Origin: Candidatus Latescibacterota bacterium
GTDB taxonomy: Bacteria; Latescibacterota; UBA2968
Length of the DNA stretch: 27,299 nt
Assembly (NCBI GenBank): GCA_038279365.1
Contig: JAYODI010000078.1
Coordinates: 1-27,299 of the forward strand
Reading direction: 5' to 3'
Each line of letters starts with the position of its first letter. Within the stretch, counting starts at the first letter, position 1. Position numbers and translations under genes: made by a program. Below are positions 1-8,302 of the stretch, in pieces. The notes below the pieces were generated by a model. It was not told the DNA's origin. It saw nothing but the letters and a program-made list of their open reading frames with translations, and made no database searches.

Positions 1-182
1 TAATATTTACATTTCCAATATAGGGTTTATCAATCACATATAACAGCTTAGGTATGGCTTTGAAAAACTTGGTTTTTATATAATGTGGTAAACAGTTGTT
101 TTTAAAAGTGCTATAGGAATTGTAATTTTATGCCCTTTTGTTGCATATGTGCGTGTCATTTTATTTTTTATTTAGAAAAGGC

Positions 183-211
183 TTGACACATTACCCTTGC
201 TGTCCTAATTT
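183..211 (+). promoter_or_regulatory. Putative sigma70 promoter of the STAS-wHTH/nurA/herA cluster
   Basis: Perfect TTGACA at 183-188, a 17-nt spacer and a weak -10 TAATTT at 206-211, in an AT-rich upstream region. Confidence 0.45.
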
Positions 212-219
212 TGACTCAG

Positions 220-239
220 TTTAATGGAATTCTATTAAA
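220..239. promoter_or_regulatory. Near-perfect 20-bp palindrome, candidate operator
   Basis: TTTAATGGAATTCTATTAAA pairs at 9 of 10 positions and lies just downstream of the putative -10 element. Confidence 0.35.
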
Positions 240-335
240 TTAATAAAGAATAAGATGTTCTCCACACAGTATTTGCGATTGTTTCATTTGTTTTCTCATT
301 TTCCTACCCACCGTCCCCTCTTGGAGTTATGCAGC

Positions 336-893
336 ATGTTGAATTTAACCTCTCCCTTTGTCTTTGAAACATCTAATGGTATTTTGAGCGGTCGTGATCG
401 TGGTGAGGCTTTGCTTGGTCAATTGATGGATCATTTGCGTCATGTTGCTGCCGATGCGGTCACACCTTTGGATTTTTCAAAGGTATCTTTTATAGATATT
501 TCGTGCGCCGATGAATTTTTATCAAAGTTGTTAATGCGTATTGGCAGTGGTGAGTTGGGCAATCGTTTTGCATTTATTGAAAATGCCAATGACTCGGTTC
601 GAGAAACGTTGGAAGCCGTTTTAAAATTGCGTGATTTGGCAGCCCTATTTAAGAATGCGGATGGTTCTGTGGTGGTTTTGGGTGTATTAAAAACGCCTAT
701 TCGTGAAACGTTGGATGTGGTGCTTAAAAAGAAAAAAGGTACTTCATCTGAATTTGCTGAAGCCCTTCGCAAGAATATCAATATTGCTTGCAACCGCTTA
801 AATGCGCTTCAAAAGATGGGTCTGGTTTGTCGGGTGCGCGATGGCAGTGTGGATGGGGGGGGAAGGCAGTTTTATTATGAGTCGATTGTTTAG
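336..893 (+). CDS. STAS-like (DUF4325-type) domain fused to a C-terminal winged helix-turn-helix; putative regulator
   Basis: ORF 255..893; ATG at 336 has GGAG 9 nt upstream. N-terminal 'LSGRDRGE...LDFSKVSFIDISCADEFLSKL' resembles the STAS-like DUF4325 pattern. C-terminal 'TSSEFAEALRKNINIACNRLNALQKMGLVCRVR...GGRQFYY' is a wHTH pattern. Confidence 0.65.
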   Translation: MLNLTSPFVFETSNGILSGRDRGEALLGQLMDHLRHVAADAVTPLDFSKVSFIDISCADEFLSKLLMRIGSGELGNRFAFIENANDSVRETLEAVLKLRDLAALFKNADGSVVVLGVLKTPIRETLDVVLKKKKGTSSEFAEALRKNINIACNRLNALQKMGLVCRVRDGSVDGGGRQFYYESIV

Positions 894-916
894 GGGGGAA
901 TAAGCAGTTAGTTTGA

Positions 917-937
917 GGCAAACGGCAAACGGCAATG
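917..937 (+). repeat. Short heptamer tandem repeat (GGCAAAC x2 + GGCAATG)
   Basis: Read directly in the gap upstream of nurA. Confidence 0.6.
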
Positions 938-948
938 GGAGATGATCC

Positions 949-2169
949 ATGTTGGATTTTGGTGCGCTGAAAAAACAGATTGATCAGATGGCTGTGGATG
1001 CCAAAACGATGCAAGATGATTTTTTTGCTCGCATTGCGTTGGCCTTGTCTGAAATGGATCGTTGGGAGGATTCTTGGGAGACATTGGCAACCAAAATTGA
1101 GCGCAGTCGTACCTCTTGGTTGGTGGCCAATACATCGGGTCCGATGACCGAAGTTTGTGCCCGTCCTGAACGCCCTGCACAATTGACGGTGATTGCTGCT
1201 GATGGTTCACAAATTTTTCCTGATCGACATGAAATTGCCAATTGTTTTTTAATTAATGTGGGTTATGTGGTGTTGCATTATGGTTCTGGTGAGCGGCCTA
1301 TTATGTCGAGTGAACCGTCTTTGTTTTATGAAGAAGATGACATGTATCACGAATGGGCAGGCAAACGATCTCCTGTTACACGTGAAATAGTAGGTGTTAA
1401 GCGCAATGCAATGGAGTTGGATAAAGTGGTCGCTTTGGCCACACAAGCCAAAGAAGAAGGGCGCACGGTTGTCGGCTTAACAGATGGCACATTGATCTTA
1501 TGGATGTTGGAGGGCAAACCCTACGATTTTCGTCGTGAAACCTTGCAAATGACATTAACGGGCCTGGAGCAATTGCGCGAATTGCGTGTGCCTATTGCCG
1601 GTTATATCAGTGACCCTGGCAGTGCCGATGTGGTCAATGGGTTGCGGGTGGGGCTTTGCCCCGAGCAACCACCCGACTGTGACCGCTGCCCGTGGAAAGC
1701 GGCAGAAGCGCAAGCTTTGTTAAATTTGGATGGTGAGGCACAAAAACCTGCACAAATTCCATGTGAACCCATTGCGGGTGTGACAGATGATATGTTGTAT
1801 GCTCGCAAGCTGACAAAAGGGGAACGCAGCGGGGTGTTTCGCAGTTCTTCAAAGATTTTAGAAGATTATGGCCCCCATCGCATTTGTTTTTTTTATGTGC
1901 ATACGGGGTGGGAAATTGGGCGGGTGGAAATTCCTGAATGGGTGGCCGATGATGGTGAATTGTTAGACTTGGTACACACCACCATTATCGATCAAGCCGA
2001 AAAAGGACGCGGATATCCTGTGGTGCTTTCCGAGTCGCACGAAAGGGCTGTGGTGCGTGGTGCAGATCGCGATATTTTCTTTAAATTTTTAAAAGATTCA
2101 TTTGTTAAGAACAATGTCAAAGCCGAAAACTCTTTGAAGCAGTTGAAGAAAATGGCGGCGACAGTTTAG
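949..2169 (+). CDS. nurA: NurA-family nuclease (DNA double-strand-break resection)
   Basis: 406 aa with NurA motifs 'IAADGSQI', 'LTDGTLILW' and C-terminal 'GYPVVLSESHERAVV'; adjacent to HAS-barrel and herA genes. Confidence 0.85.
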   Translation: MLDFGALKKQIDQMAVDAKTMQDDFFARIALALSEMDRWEDSWETLATKIERSRTSWLVANTSGPMTEVCARPERPAQLTVIAADGSQIFPDRHEIANCFLINVGYVVLHYGSGERPIMSSEPSLFYEEDDMYHEWAGKRSPVTREIVGVKRNAMELDKVVALATQAKEEGRTVVGLTDGTLILWMLEGKPYDFRRETLQMTLTGLEQLRELRVPIAGYISDPGSADVVNGLRVGLCPEQPPDCDRCPWKAAEAQALLNLDGEAQKPAQIPCEPIAGVTDDMLYARKLTKGERSGVFRSSSKILEDYGPHRICFFYVHTGWEIGRVEIPEWVADDGELLDLVHTTIIDQAEKGRGYPVVLSESHERAVVRGADRDIFFKFLKDSFVKNNVKAENSLKQLKKMAATV

Positions 2170-2181
2170 AGGTAATAAGAC

Positions 2182-2209
2182 GGCAAATGGCAAATGGCAA
2201 ATGGCAGAC
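2182..2209 (+). repeat. Heptamer tandem repeat (GGCAAAT x3 + GGCAGAC)
   Basis: Read directly between nurA and the HAS-barrel gene. Confidence 0.75.
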
Positions 2210-2231
2210 AGAAATTTAAACTGAGGGTATT

Positions 2232-2825
2232 ATGGCATTGTCAAAGGTCGATACGGAAACATATATTGGCGAAGTGATTGAGAGTTCTACCTCGCAATTT
2301 GTGGCAGAAAGCCGAGAATTGAATGGGGCACCTCCTTTTGGTGCGTTTGTGAAAACGAGTGGTGCCATTCCGGTATATGGTTTGGTATTTAATGTGTGTA
2401 CCCATTCCATAGAGCCCAATCGTCGCGCAACGGCTTATGGGTTGACAGAACAGGAGTTGCGCAATGAACAACCTCAAATATTTGAATTATTAAAAACCGA
2501 GTTTGAAGCGGTTATTGTTGGATATGGCGATGACCGAGGCCCTCGCCAAGTGTTGCCCCCTCAGCCACCAGGTATTCATAGTTTTGTGTTGCCCTGTACC
2601 GAGTCAGAAGTGAAAGCGTTGACCAATAATGGCGATTATTTGCGGTGTATCTTAGGTGGCAATCGTTTGCCTGCCGATGATCTGATTATTGCATCGGTGC
2701 GCCATGCTTGGGCGGCGCGCGCGTTTGATATGCCCTATTTGGTTGGCATTGGAAAAGATTTGTGTCGGTTGGTTCGTGATGATTATGATCGGTTGAGTTC
2801 GATTATGCGACGGATTTCACAATAA
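2232..2825 (+). CDS. Stand-alone HAS-barrel domain protein
   Basis: 197 aa; 'YIGEVIESSTSQFVAE...PPFGAFVK...VYGLV' beta-barrel and 'VLPPQPPGIHSFV', as seen in HAS-barrel proteins between nurA and herA. GAGGG RBS. Confidence 0.75.
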   Translation: MALSKVDTETYIGEVIESSTSQFVAESRELNGAPPFGAFVKTSGAIPVYGLVFNVCTHSIEPNRRATAYGLTEQELRNEQPQIFELLKTEFEAVIVGYGDDRGPRQVLPPQPPGIHSFVLPCTESEVKALTNNGDYLRCILGGNRLPADDLIIASVRHAWAARAFDMPYLVGIGKDLCRLVRDDYDRLSSIMRRISQ

Positions 2826-2828
2826 AAA

Positions 2829-2934
2829 GGTCGCAGGTCAGCAAGTCACAAGTCGCAGGTCAAAATCAAAGTGGTTGTAATGTTCTGGTTTTTAAAGGTT
2901 AGGCCTGTGACCTGCAGACCTGAGACTTGTGACC
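2829..2934. repeat. Inverted arrays of degenerate RGTCRCA heptamers (long imperfect hairpin)
   Basis: Left arm 2829-2861 (ggtcgca ggtcagca agtcaca agtcgca ggtc). The right arm 2902-2934 reverse-complements to ggtcaca agtctca ggtctgca ggtcaca ggcc. Confidence 0.75.
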
Positions 2935-2989
2935 GGATTTAAGGGGTTTTGTTTTGAACGAACTTTGGAATGATTTGAATGGCAGACCC

Positions 2990-4630
2990 ATGAACGATTT
3001 GAATAACAACCAAATTGGTGTGGTTACAAAGGGGTCGCTGACTGAGGGTGTGGAGATGAAACTCAACCCCAACCGCAGTGTGGAAGATGTGAAGGCGGGA
3101 AAGTTTGTGGTGATTGAGGGGTATAAAAATCAATTTTTTTCGATGATTACCGACTTAAGCTTAGATGCCACCAATCCCGATATTTTACTGTATCCACCAC
3201 ATGATGGTGATCAATTGTTGCACAGTGTTTTAAATGGTGCCAGTACATATGTCACGGTTGCTTTGCGCCCAATGTTGATGTTGGAGGCTGGTGAAGAAGT
3301 GGTGGATGAACCGCGCCCTGTTAAAACCATTCCGAGCCATTTTTCTAAAGTAGTGGAAGCCGAAGAAGAAGATGTGTCGCGCGTATTTGGCAGTGAAGAC
3401 CGAGATGATCGGTTTTTTAACATGGGTACACCATTGGATATGGATACACCTGTGTGTTTAAATTTGAATCGTTTTGTCGAACGCAGCAATGGCATTTTTG
3501 GCAAAACGGGTACGGGCAAATCATTTTTGACCCGTTTGGTGCTGTGTGGCATGATCAAACAGAAAAAAGCGGTCAATATTATTTTTGATATGCACAATGA
3601 ATATGGCTATCAAGCGATGAAAGAGGGCAGTTCGGGAGACAGTTTTGTAAAGGGTTTGAAACAGTTGTTTGGCAATCAGGTGGCTTTGTTTTCGCTTGAT
3701 CCTGCTTCTTCACGTGAACGGGGTATTCAGCCAGACCATGAAGTGCATATTGCGTATGATCAAATTGCTGTTGAAGATGTGGTGGCCTTACAAGATGAGT
3801 TGCAGTTGAATCCAACGGCGTCGGAATCTGCCTATTTGGTGGCGGCGATGTATAAGAACAAATGGTTGCGCCAATTGTTATCCGTGGATGGACCCGATGT
3901 TGAGAAATTTGCGGAAGAAATTGGGGCCAATAAGAGTTCTTTGTCGGCATTACATCGCAAACTCAAGCGCATTGAAAATTTTCCGTTTATGGTAACCAAG
4001 CTTGAAGGGGCCGACGCGGTAGATACAATGATGGATTATATTGATCGGGGTATTCACATTGTGTTGGAGTTTGGACGACAAACAAGCATGCTGGCCTATT
4101 TGTTGGTGGCCAATATTTTGTCACGTCGTATCCACGAACAATATGTGAAGAAAAGCGAGAAGTATTATGCCTCTCAAAACCCAGCAGACAAACCCAGGCA
4201 GCTGGTAATTACAATTGAAGAAGCACACAAATTTTTAAATCCTACAACTGCCAAACAAACCATATTTGGTATTATTGCGCGTGAGATGCGCAAATATTAT
4301 GTGTCGTTGTTGGTGGTTGACCAACGGCCTTCGGGCATTGATGAAGAGGTGTTGTCTCAGTTGGGTACCAAAATTACGGCATTGCTCAATGATGAAAAAG
4401 ACATTCAAGGTGTGTTGACGGGTGTTTCAAATGCGGCAGGTTTGCGCAGTGTGTTGGCCAGTTTAGATTCCAAGCAGCAGGCTTTGATGTTTGGTCATGC
4501 GGTGCCGATGCCTGTGGTGATTAAAACGCGCAATTACGATGAAGCCTTTTATCGGGCCATGGGTGATTTGACCGCGGAAGAGAAAGTTAAAAAGGCGGCT
4601 TCGGCTTCGGCGGCATTGTTTGGTGACTAA
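2990..4630 (+). CDS. herA: HerA-family helicase/ATPase (DUF87) with N-terminal HAS barrel
   Basis: Walker A 'GKTGTGKS', 'IIFDMHNEY', Walker B 'ITIEEAH', 'REMRKY' and 'VDQRPS'. Start is ATG 2990 or TTG 2954. Confidence 0.88.
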   Translation: MNDLNNNQIGVVTKGSLTEGVEMKLNPNRSVEDVKAGKFVVIEGYKNQFFSMITDLSLDATNPDILLYPPHDGDQLLHSVLNGASTYVTVALRPMLMLEAGEEVVDEPRPVKTIPSHFSKVVEAEEEDVSRVFGSEDRDDRFFNMGTPLDMDTPVCLNLNRFVERSNGIFGKTGTGKSFLTRLVLCGMIKQKKAVNIIFDMHNEYGYQAMKEGSSGDSFVKGLKQLFGNQVALFSLDPASSRERGIQPDHEVHIAYDQIAVEDVVALQDELQLNPTASESAYLVAAMYKNKWLRQLLSVDGPDVEKFAEEIGANKSSLSALHRKLKRIENFPFMVTKLEGADAVDTMMDYIDRGIHIVLEFGRQTSMLAYLLVANILSRRIHEQYVKKSEKYYASQNPADKPRQLVITIEEAHKFLNPTTAKQTIFGIIAREMRKYYVSLLVVDQRPSGIDEEVLSQLGTKITALLNDEKDIQGVLTGVSNAAGLRSVLASLDSKQQALMFGHAVPMPVVIKTRNYDEAFYRAMGDLTAEEKVKKAASASAALFGD

Positions 4631-4682
4631 AATTGTTTCATACCACAGCCCAAAATAAAGAAAATTTATATATGTGGTAAAT

Positions 4683-4708
4683 AAAAGGGTGCGTTGAGCA
4701 CCCTTTTT
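4683..4708 (+). terminator. Intrinsic terminator after herA
   Basis: AAAAGGGTGC-GTTGA-GCACCCTTTTT stem-loop with a T tract. Confidence 0.75.
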
Positions 4709-4827
4709 AAATTGTATGTTTGGATATTTTGTTTAAATTTTGAACTTCCAAATTCATGGGGTTCGTGTTATTATGTTTGGTGTCCTGATGTTTTGATCCA
4801 TTCATGCTTTAAAGAGTGAGGATGTTT

Positions 4828-5790
4828 GTGAAGCTGATTGTGCAAATTCCATGCTTAAATGAAGAAGATACTTTGCCAGCAACGGTAAAGGATATTCCCC
4901 GTGATGTGCCGGGTATTGATGTTGTGGAAATATTGATTATTGATGATGGATCAACGGATCGTACAGCCGAGGTCGCGCGCGAATTGGGCGTCGATCATAT
5001 TGTGCAGTTTCCCAAAAACAGAGGTTTGGGATATGCGTTTAAGGCAGGATTTGATGCGTGTTTGAAGTTGGGTGCTGATATTATCATTAATACGGATGGT
5101 GACAATCAGTATTATGGGCCAGATATTGCTGCGTTGGTGAAACCCATTTTGGAGAATCGGGCACATATTGTCATTGGCGACCGACAAACGGGTGCGATTG
5201 GGCACTTTTCGTTTGTGAAGCGTTTTTTACAAAGCTTTGGCAGCAAAATGATCAGCCGATTGGCGCACGTAAAGGTACCCGATGTGGCCAGTGGTTTTCG
5301 GGCCTATTCTCGTGAGGCGGCTTTGCAGTTGTCTATGTTTACCGATTTTGATCATACGGCAGAACATGTAGTACAAGCAGGACAAGACCGTTTGGCGGTT
5401 GAGATTGTTCCCATTCGCACCAACCCCAAGACGCGTGAATCACGTTTGTTTAAAAATATTGGTGAGTTTGTTTTTAAATCGGGCATGATCAGTTTGCGCA
5501 CGTATGCGCGATACAATGCGTTGCGCATTTTTACGGCTTTTGGCAGTGTGGCGTTTGTTGCAGGTTTTATTTTGGGTTTGCGGTTTGTGTATATTTTCTT
5601 TGCTATGCCCGAGCAAAGTGCTTTGCATGTGCAGTCGTTGATTTTGGCGGCTATTTTATTGTTGGCGGGGTTTCAAATGTTTTTGACGGGTATTGTGGCC
5701 GATTTAATTGCGACCAATCGGGCTTTGTTGGAAGATGTGTCAACACGGGTGAGACGGTTGGAATTGGAAGATGATGGGCCCTCAAAATGA
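4828..5790 (+). CDS. Glycosyltransferase family 2 (DPM/DPG-synthase-like, two C-terminal TM helices)
   Basis: 'KLIVQIPCLNEE', 'IIDDGSTD', 'NRGLG', DxD 'TDGDNQY' and 'DVASGFRAY'. GTG 4828 follows GAGGA; alternative starts are 4816 and 4822. Confidence 0.88.
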   Translation: MKLIVQIPCLNEEDTLPATVKDIPRDVPGIDVVEILIIDDGSTDRTAEVARELGVDHIVQFPKNRGLGYAFKAGFDACLKLGADIIINTDGDNQYYGPDIAALVKPILENRAHIVIGDRQTGAIGHFSFVKRFLQSFGSKMISRLAHVKVPDVASGFRAYSREAALQLSMFTDFDHTAEHVVQAGQDRLAVEIVPIRTNPKTRESRLFKNIGEFVFKSGMISLRTYARYNALRIFTAFGSVAFVAGFILGLRFVYIFFAMPEQSALHVQSLILAAILLLAGFQMFLTGIVADLIATNRALLEDVSTRVRRLELEDDGPSK

Positions 5791-5840
5791 GAAGATAAGT
5801 GAAGGTGGAATCTTGGTGTTTTTGGACGCTATAAATGCAT

Positions 5841-5876
5841 AAAAAAGCCCTGCTGAAACGGTTTCAGCAGGGCTTC
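5841..5876 (-). terminator. Intrinsic terminator between convergent genes
   Basis: AAGCCCTGCTGAAAC-G-GTTTCAGCAGGGCTT inverted repeat; the A6 on its left gives a U tail on the minus strand. Confidence 0.8.
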
Positions 5877-5888
5877 TATTTTAATGGG

Positions 5889-6971
5889 CTAATATGCGGT
5901 GCCATCTCTTTTGATGAGGTCTTCATTCCATTCAATGCCCAACCCCGGTGCATCGGTCATGATGACATGACCATCTTGAAATTCTAAGGGTGCAACCAAG
6001 TCCGTGGAAAATTCGCGCAGATAGTTTTCGACAATGAGGCCATTTTTAACTGCGGCAACCACCACACAACCCAATGCGCCTTGACCGTGGGGGGCCATTT
6101 GTAAATGATGGGCGCTGGCCATGGCGGCAATTTTCATCCATTCGCTGATGCCGCCGCAGTTGTTGGTGTCGGCTTGAACAATGGATACACCGCCGCGTTC
6201 TATGAGATCGCGAAAGCCCCAGCGGGTGAATTCGTTTTCGCCACTGGCAACAGGAAAAGAAAGGGCTGAAGCGACTTTGGCTGATCCTTCTAAGTCGTCG
6301 GCATGAACGGGTTCTTCAAACCAATAGGGGTCGTATTTTTCTATCATATGGCCAAAGCGAATGGCCACGTGTGCATCCCAAGCATTGTTGGCATCTATGA
6401 GAAGTTCAACATCATCGCCAACGGCTTTGCGAACGGCGGCTACACGCTCTGCATCGTGTTTGAGGGTAACGCCGGGCCAGCCCACTTTCATTTTGACGGC
6501 GGTGAAACCTTGTTTGACATAGGTTTCCATTTCTTCGCACAATTCGGGAATGCCTTTGCCGTCTTGGTAGTATCCCCCTGCTGCATAGGCCCAGAGTTTA
6601 TTTTGGACACCACCCAAAAGTTTCCAAACGGGTTGATTAAAGGTTTTGCCTTTGAGATCCCATAGTGCGTTATCAACCGCACTGATGACGGAGATGTAAT
6701 CGCCTTTGGCAACGGGTTTGCGTGCCCCTCCCATGTAGAGATTTTCCCAAATGTGTTGGATACGCAAGGGATCTTCGCCAATGAGTTTGTCACGCAGGCT
6801 GTTGAGGCTGGTGCGCACAGCACCTGAGCACAAAGTCATGCCCACGATGCCTTCGTCGGTATAAATTTCTATGCGGGAGCGACCAGATGATGTGGTTTTT
6901 TTAATGGAATTCCAGAAGGGTTTGTCGAGGGTTTGTTTGACATTGGTGAGTTTGATGTCGGTGATTTTCAT
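5889..6971 (-). CDS. Mandelate racemase/muconate lactonizing enzyme family protein (enolase superfamily)
   Basis: 'SAVDNALWDLKGK', KxK 'KMKVG', metal ligands in 'DANN', 'FEEP' and 'GENE', and 'APH'. GGAGG RBS. Confidence 0.9.
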   Translation of the reverse strand: MKITDIKLTNVKQTLDKPFWNSIKKTTSSGRSRIEIYTDEGIVGMTLCSGAVRTSLNSLRDKLIGEDPLRIQHIWENLYMGGARKPVAKGDYISVISAVDNALWDLKGKTFNQPVWKLLGGVQNKLWAYAAGGYYQDGKGIPELCEEMETYVKQGFTAVKMKVGWPGVTLKHDAERVAAVRKAVGDDVELLIDANNAWDAHVAIRFGHMIEKYDPYWFEEPVHADDLEGSAKVASALSFPVASGENEFTRWGFRDLIERGGVSIVQADTNNCGGISEWMKIAAMASAHHLQMAPHGQGALGCVVVAAVKNGLIVENYLREFSTDLVAPLEFQDGHVIMTDAPGLGIEWNEDLIKRDGTAY

Positions 6972-7060
6972 GGGTAACCTCCAAGAGCCGTTAACGTAAT
7001 TGTGTGACGTTGAATATATGTGGCCTAAAAGGATTCGTCCATTTTTTGTCGATGGGCTTG

Positions 7061-8146
7061 TTATTCGTTGGTTTGGCGACGGCGACTACGGCGTTCTTGC
7101 CGCCAGCGTTCATAGGCTTCTTGATCAAAATTGATGGAGGGTACTGAGCCATTCCAGGCTTGGGCAATAATGGGCATGATGTGATCTGTGGCCAGTTGAA
7201 AATCGCGCCCAAATGGGCGGGGCAATGGAAACCATTTCCAGAGCAAACTGCCCACAATGCGGGGTTCGGATGCAATGGCTTCAAAGGCGATGCGCCAGCA
7301 CATTTCTTGCAATGGGCGTGCACCTTCGTCGTCAACACGATATCCCCAAGGTTCGGCAGCGGCAGAATACGATTGGTTGTAGCCCAGTTCGGTAAAGACA
7401 ATGTTGCGGTTGTGTTTGATGCTGTAAGCACGTAATTCTTGAACGCGCTTTTCCCAACCCAATCGAATGTCTTGTTCGGTTGGGTTTTCTTTGGTGGAAA
7501 TGGGAAAATAGGCTTGAATGCCAATCACGTCGAGGGCATCCCAAAAGGGCACACGTTGGTAATCTGACCAATTGGAAGCAAAGGTAATGGGGCCGTTGAA
7601 GACTTTACGCACATCGGCAATGAGCGCACGCCACTCTTTTTCAAAACGCAATGTTTTGTCGAGTTCGGTGCCAATGACAAATGCGTCGGCATCTTTGCAT
7701 GTTTTAGCAAGGGTGAGAATCCAGTGACGATAGGTGGTCCAAAAGCGTGCCCATTCTTCATCGGTTTGAAATTCGATTTCACCTGCCCATTGAAACCCAG
7801 ATCGCCAATAGGCCAAATGCGGTGTGATGCTGATTTTGAGCCCCAAAGCATGTGCTTCTTGAATCGGACGCGTCCAGTGAATGGGGGCTTCTGATGGGTC
7901 AAAATTGCGCAGGCTTATGGTGCCATCTTTGGAAATGCCGGCATAAGGATGAATGGCGACCCAGTTGGCTCCCAATTGTTTGATGTCGCGTAGAGTGGGT
8001 AAAATTTCATCACGGCCCCAATCTTGTCCTCCGCCGTGGGTGGAAATGATGATGCCACGTACTTCAAGGTCTTCGGAGGCAAAGGTGGCTGGAGCTTGGG
8101 TAAGGATTAAGCAACAAAGAAAAAACAATGTTTTGATATGGCCCAT
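7061..8146 (-). CDS. Secreted TIM-barrel glycoside hydrolase, GH113-like
   Basis: ATG 8146 gives a signal peptide (MGHIKTLFFLCCLILTQAPATFA). 'IGTEL' (acid/base Glu), 'FASNW', 'FWDALDVIGIQAYFP' and 'FTELGY' (nucleophile Glu). Confidence 0.7.
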   Translation of the reverse strand: MGHIKTLFFLCCLILTQAPATFASEDLEVRGIIISTHGGGQDWGRDEILPTLRDIKQLGANWVAIHPYAGISKDGTISLRNFDPSEAPIHWTRPIQEAHALGLKISITPHLAYWRSGFQWAGEIEFQTDEEWARFWTTYRHWILTLAKTCKDADAFVIGTELDKTLRFEKEWRALIADVRKVFNGPITFASNWSDYQRVPFWDALDVIGIQAYFPISTKENPTEQDIRLGWEKRVQELRAYSIKHNRNIVFTELGYNQSYSAAAEPWGYRVDDEGARPLQEMCWRIAFEAIASEPRIVGSLLWKWFPLPRPFGRDFQLATDHIMPIIAQAWNGSVPSINFDQEAYERWRQERRSRRRQTNE

Positions 8147-8302
8147 AAATAAAATACCTGTTGTGGGTGTGTTGAAGTTTATAAATTGTGTTTCTGTTGT
8201 GTTTGGACGAATAAAGGGTGGGATAAGTTTCTGCAAATGGGTTGTGGGATGGGGGTGTTTGGGGTTCATATTTTTAATGTTTGCAATATAGGGAGTAAAA
8301 AA

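Noticed and set aside
949-4630. Calling the module a known anti-phage system such as Sir2-HerA or DUF4297-HerA
   Set aside because: The partner is a NurA nuclease and the context is not a defence island; a repair role is the default.
8147-8302. Overlapping N-terminal extensions of the GH113-like and sulfatase ORFs
   Set aside because: The downstream ATGs (8146 minus, 8303 plus) give a signal peptide and the canonical sulfatase start, leaving a normal divergent intergenic region.
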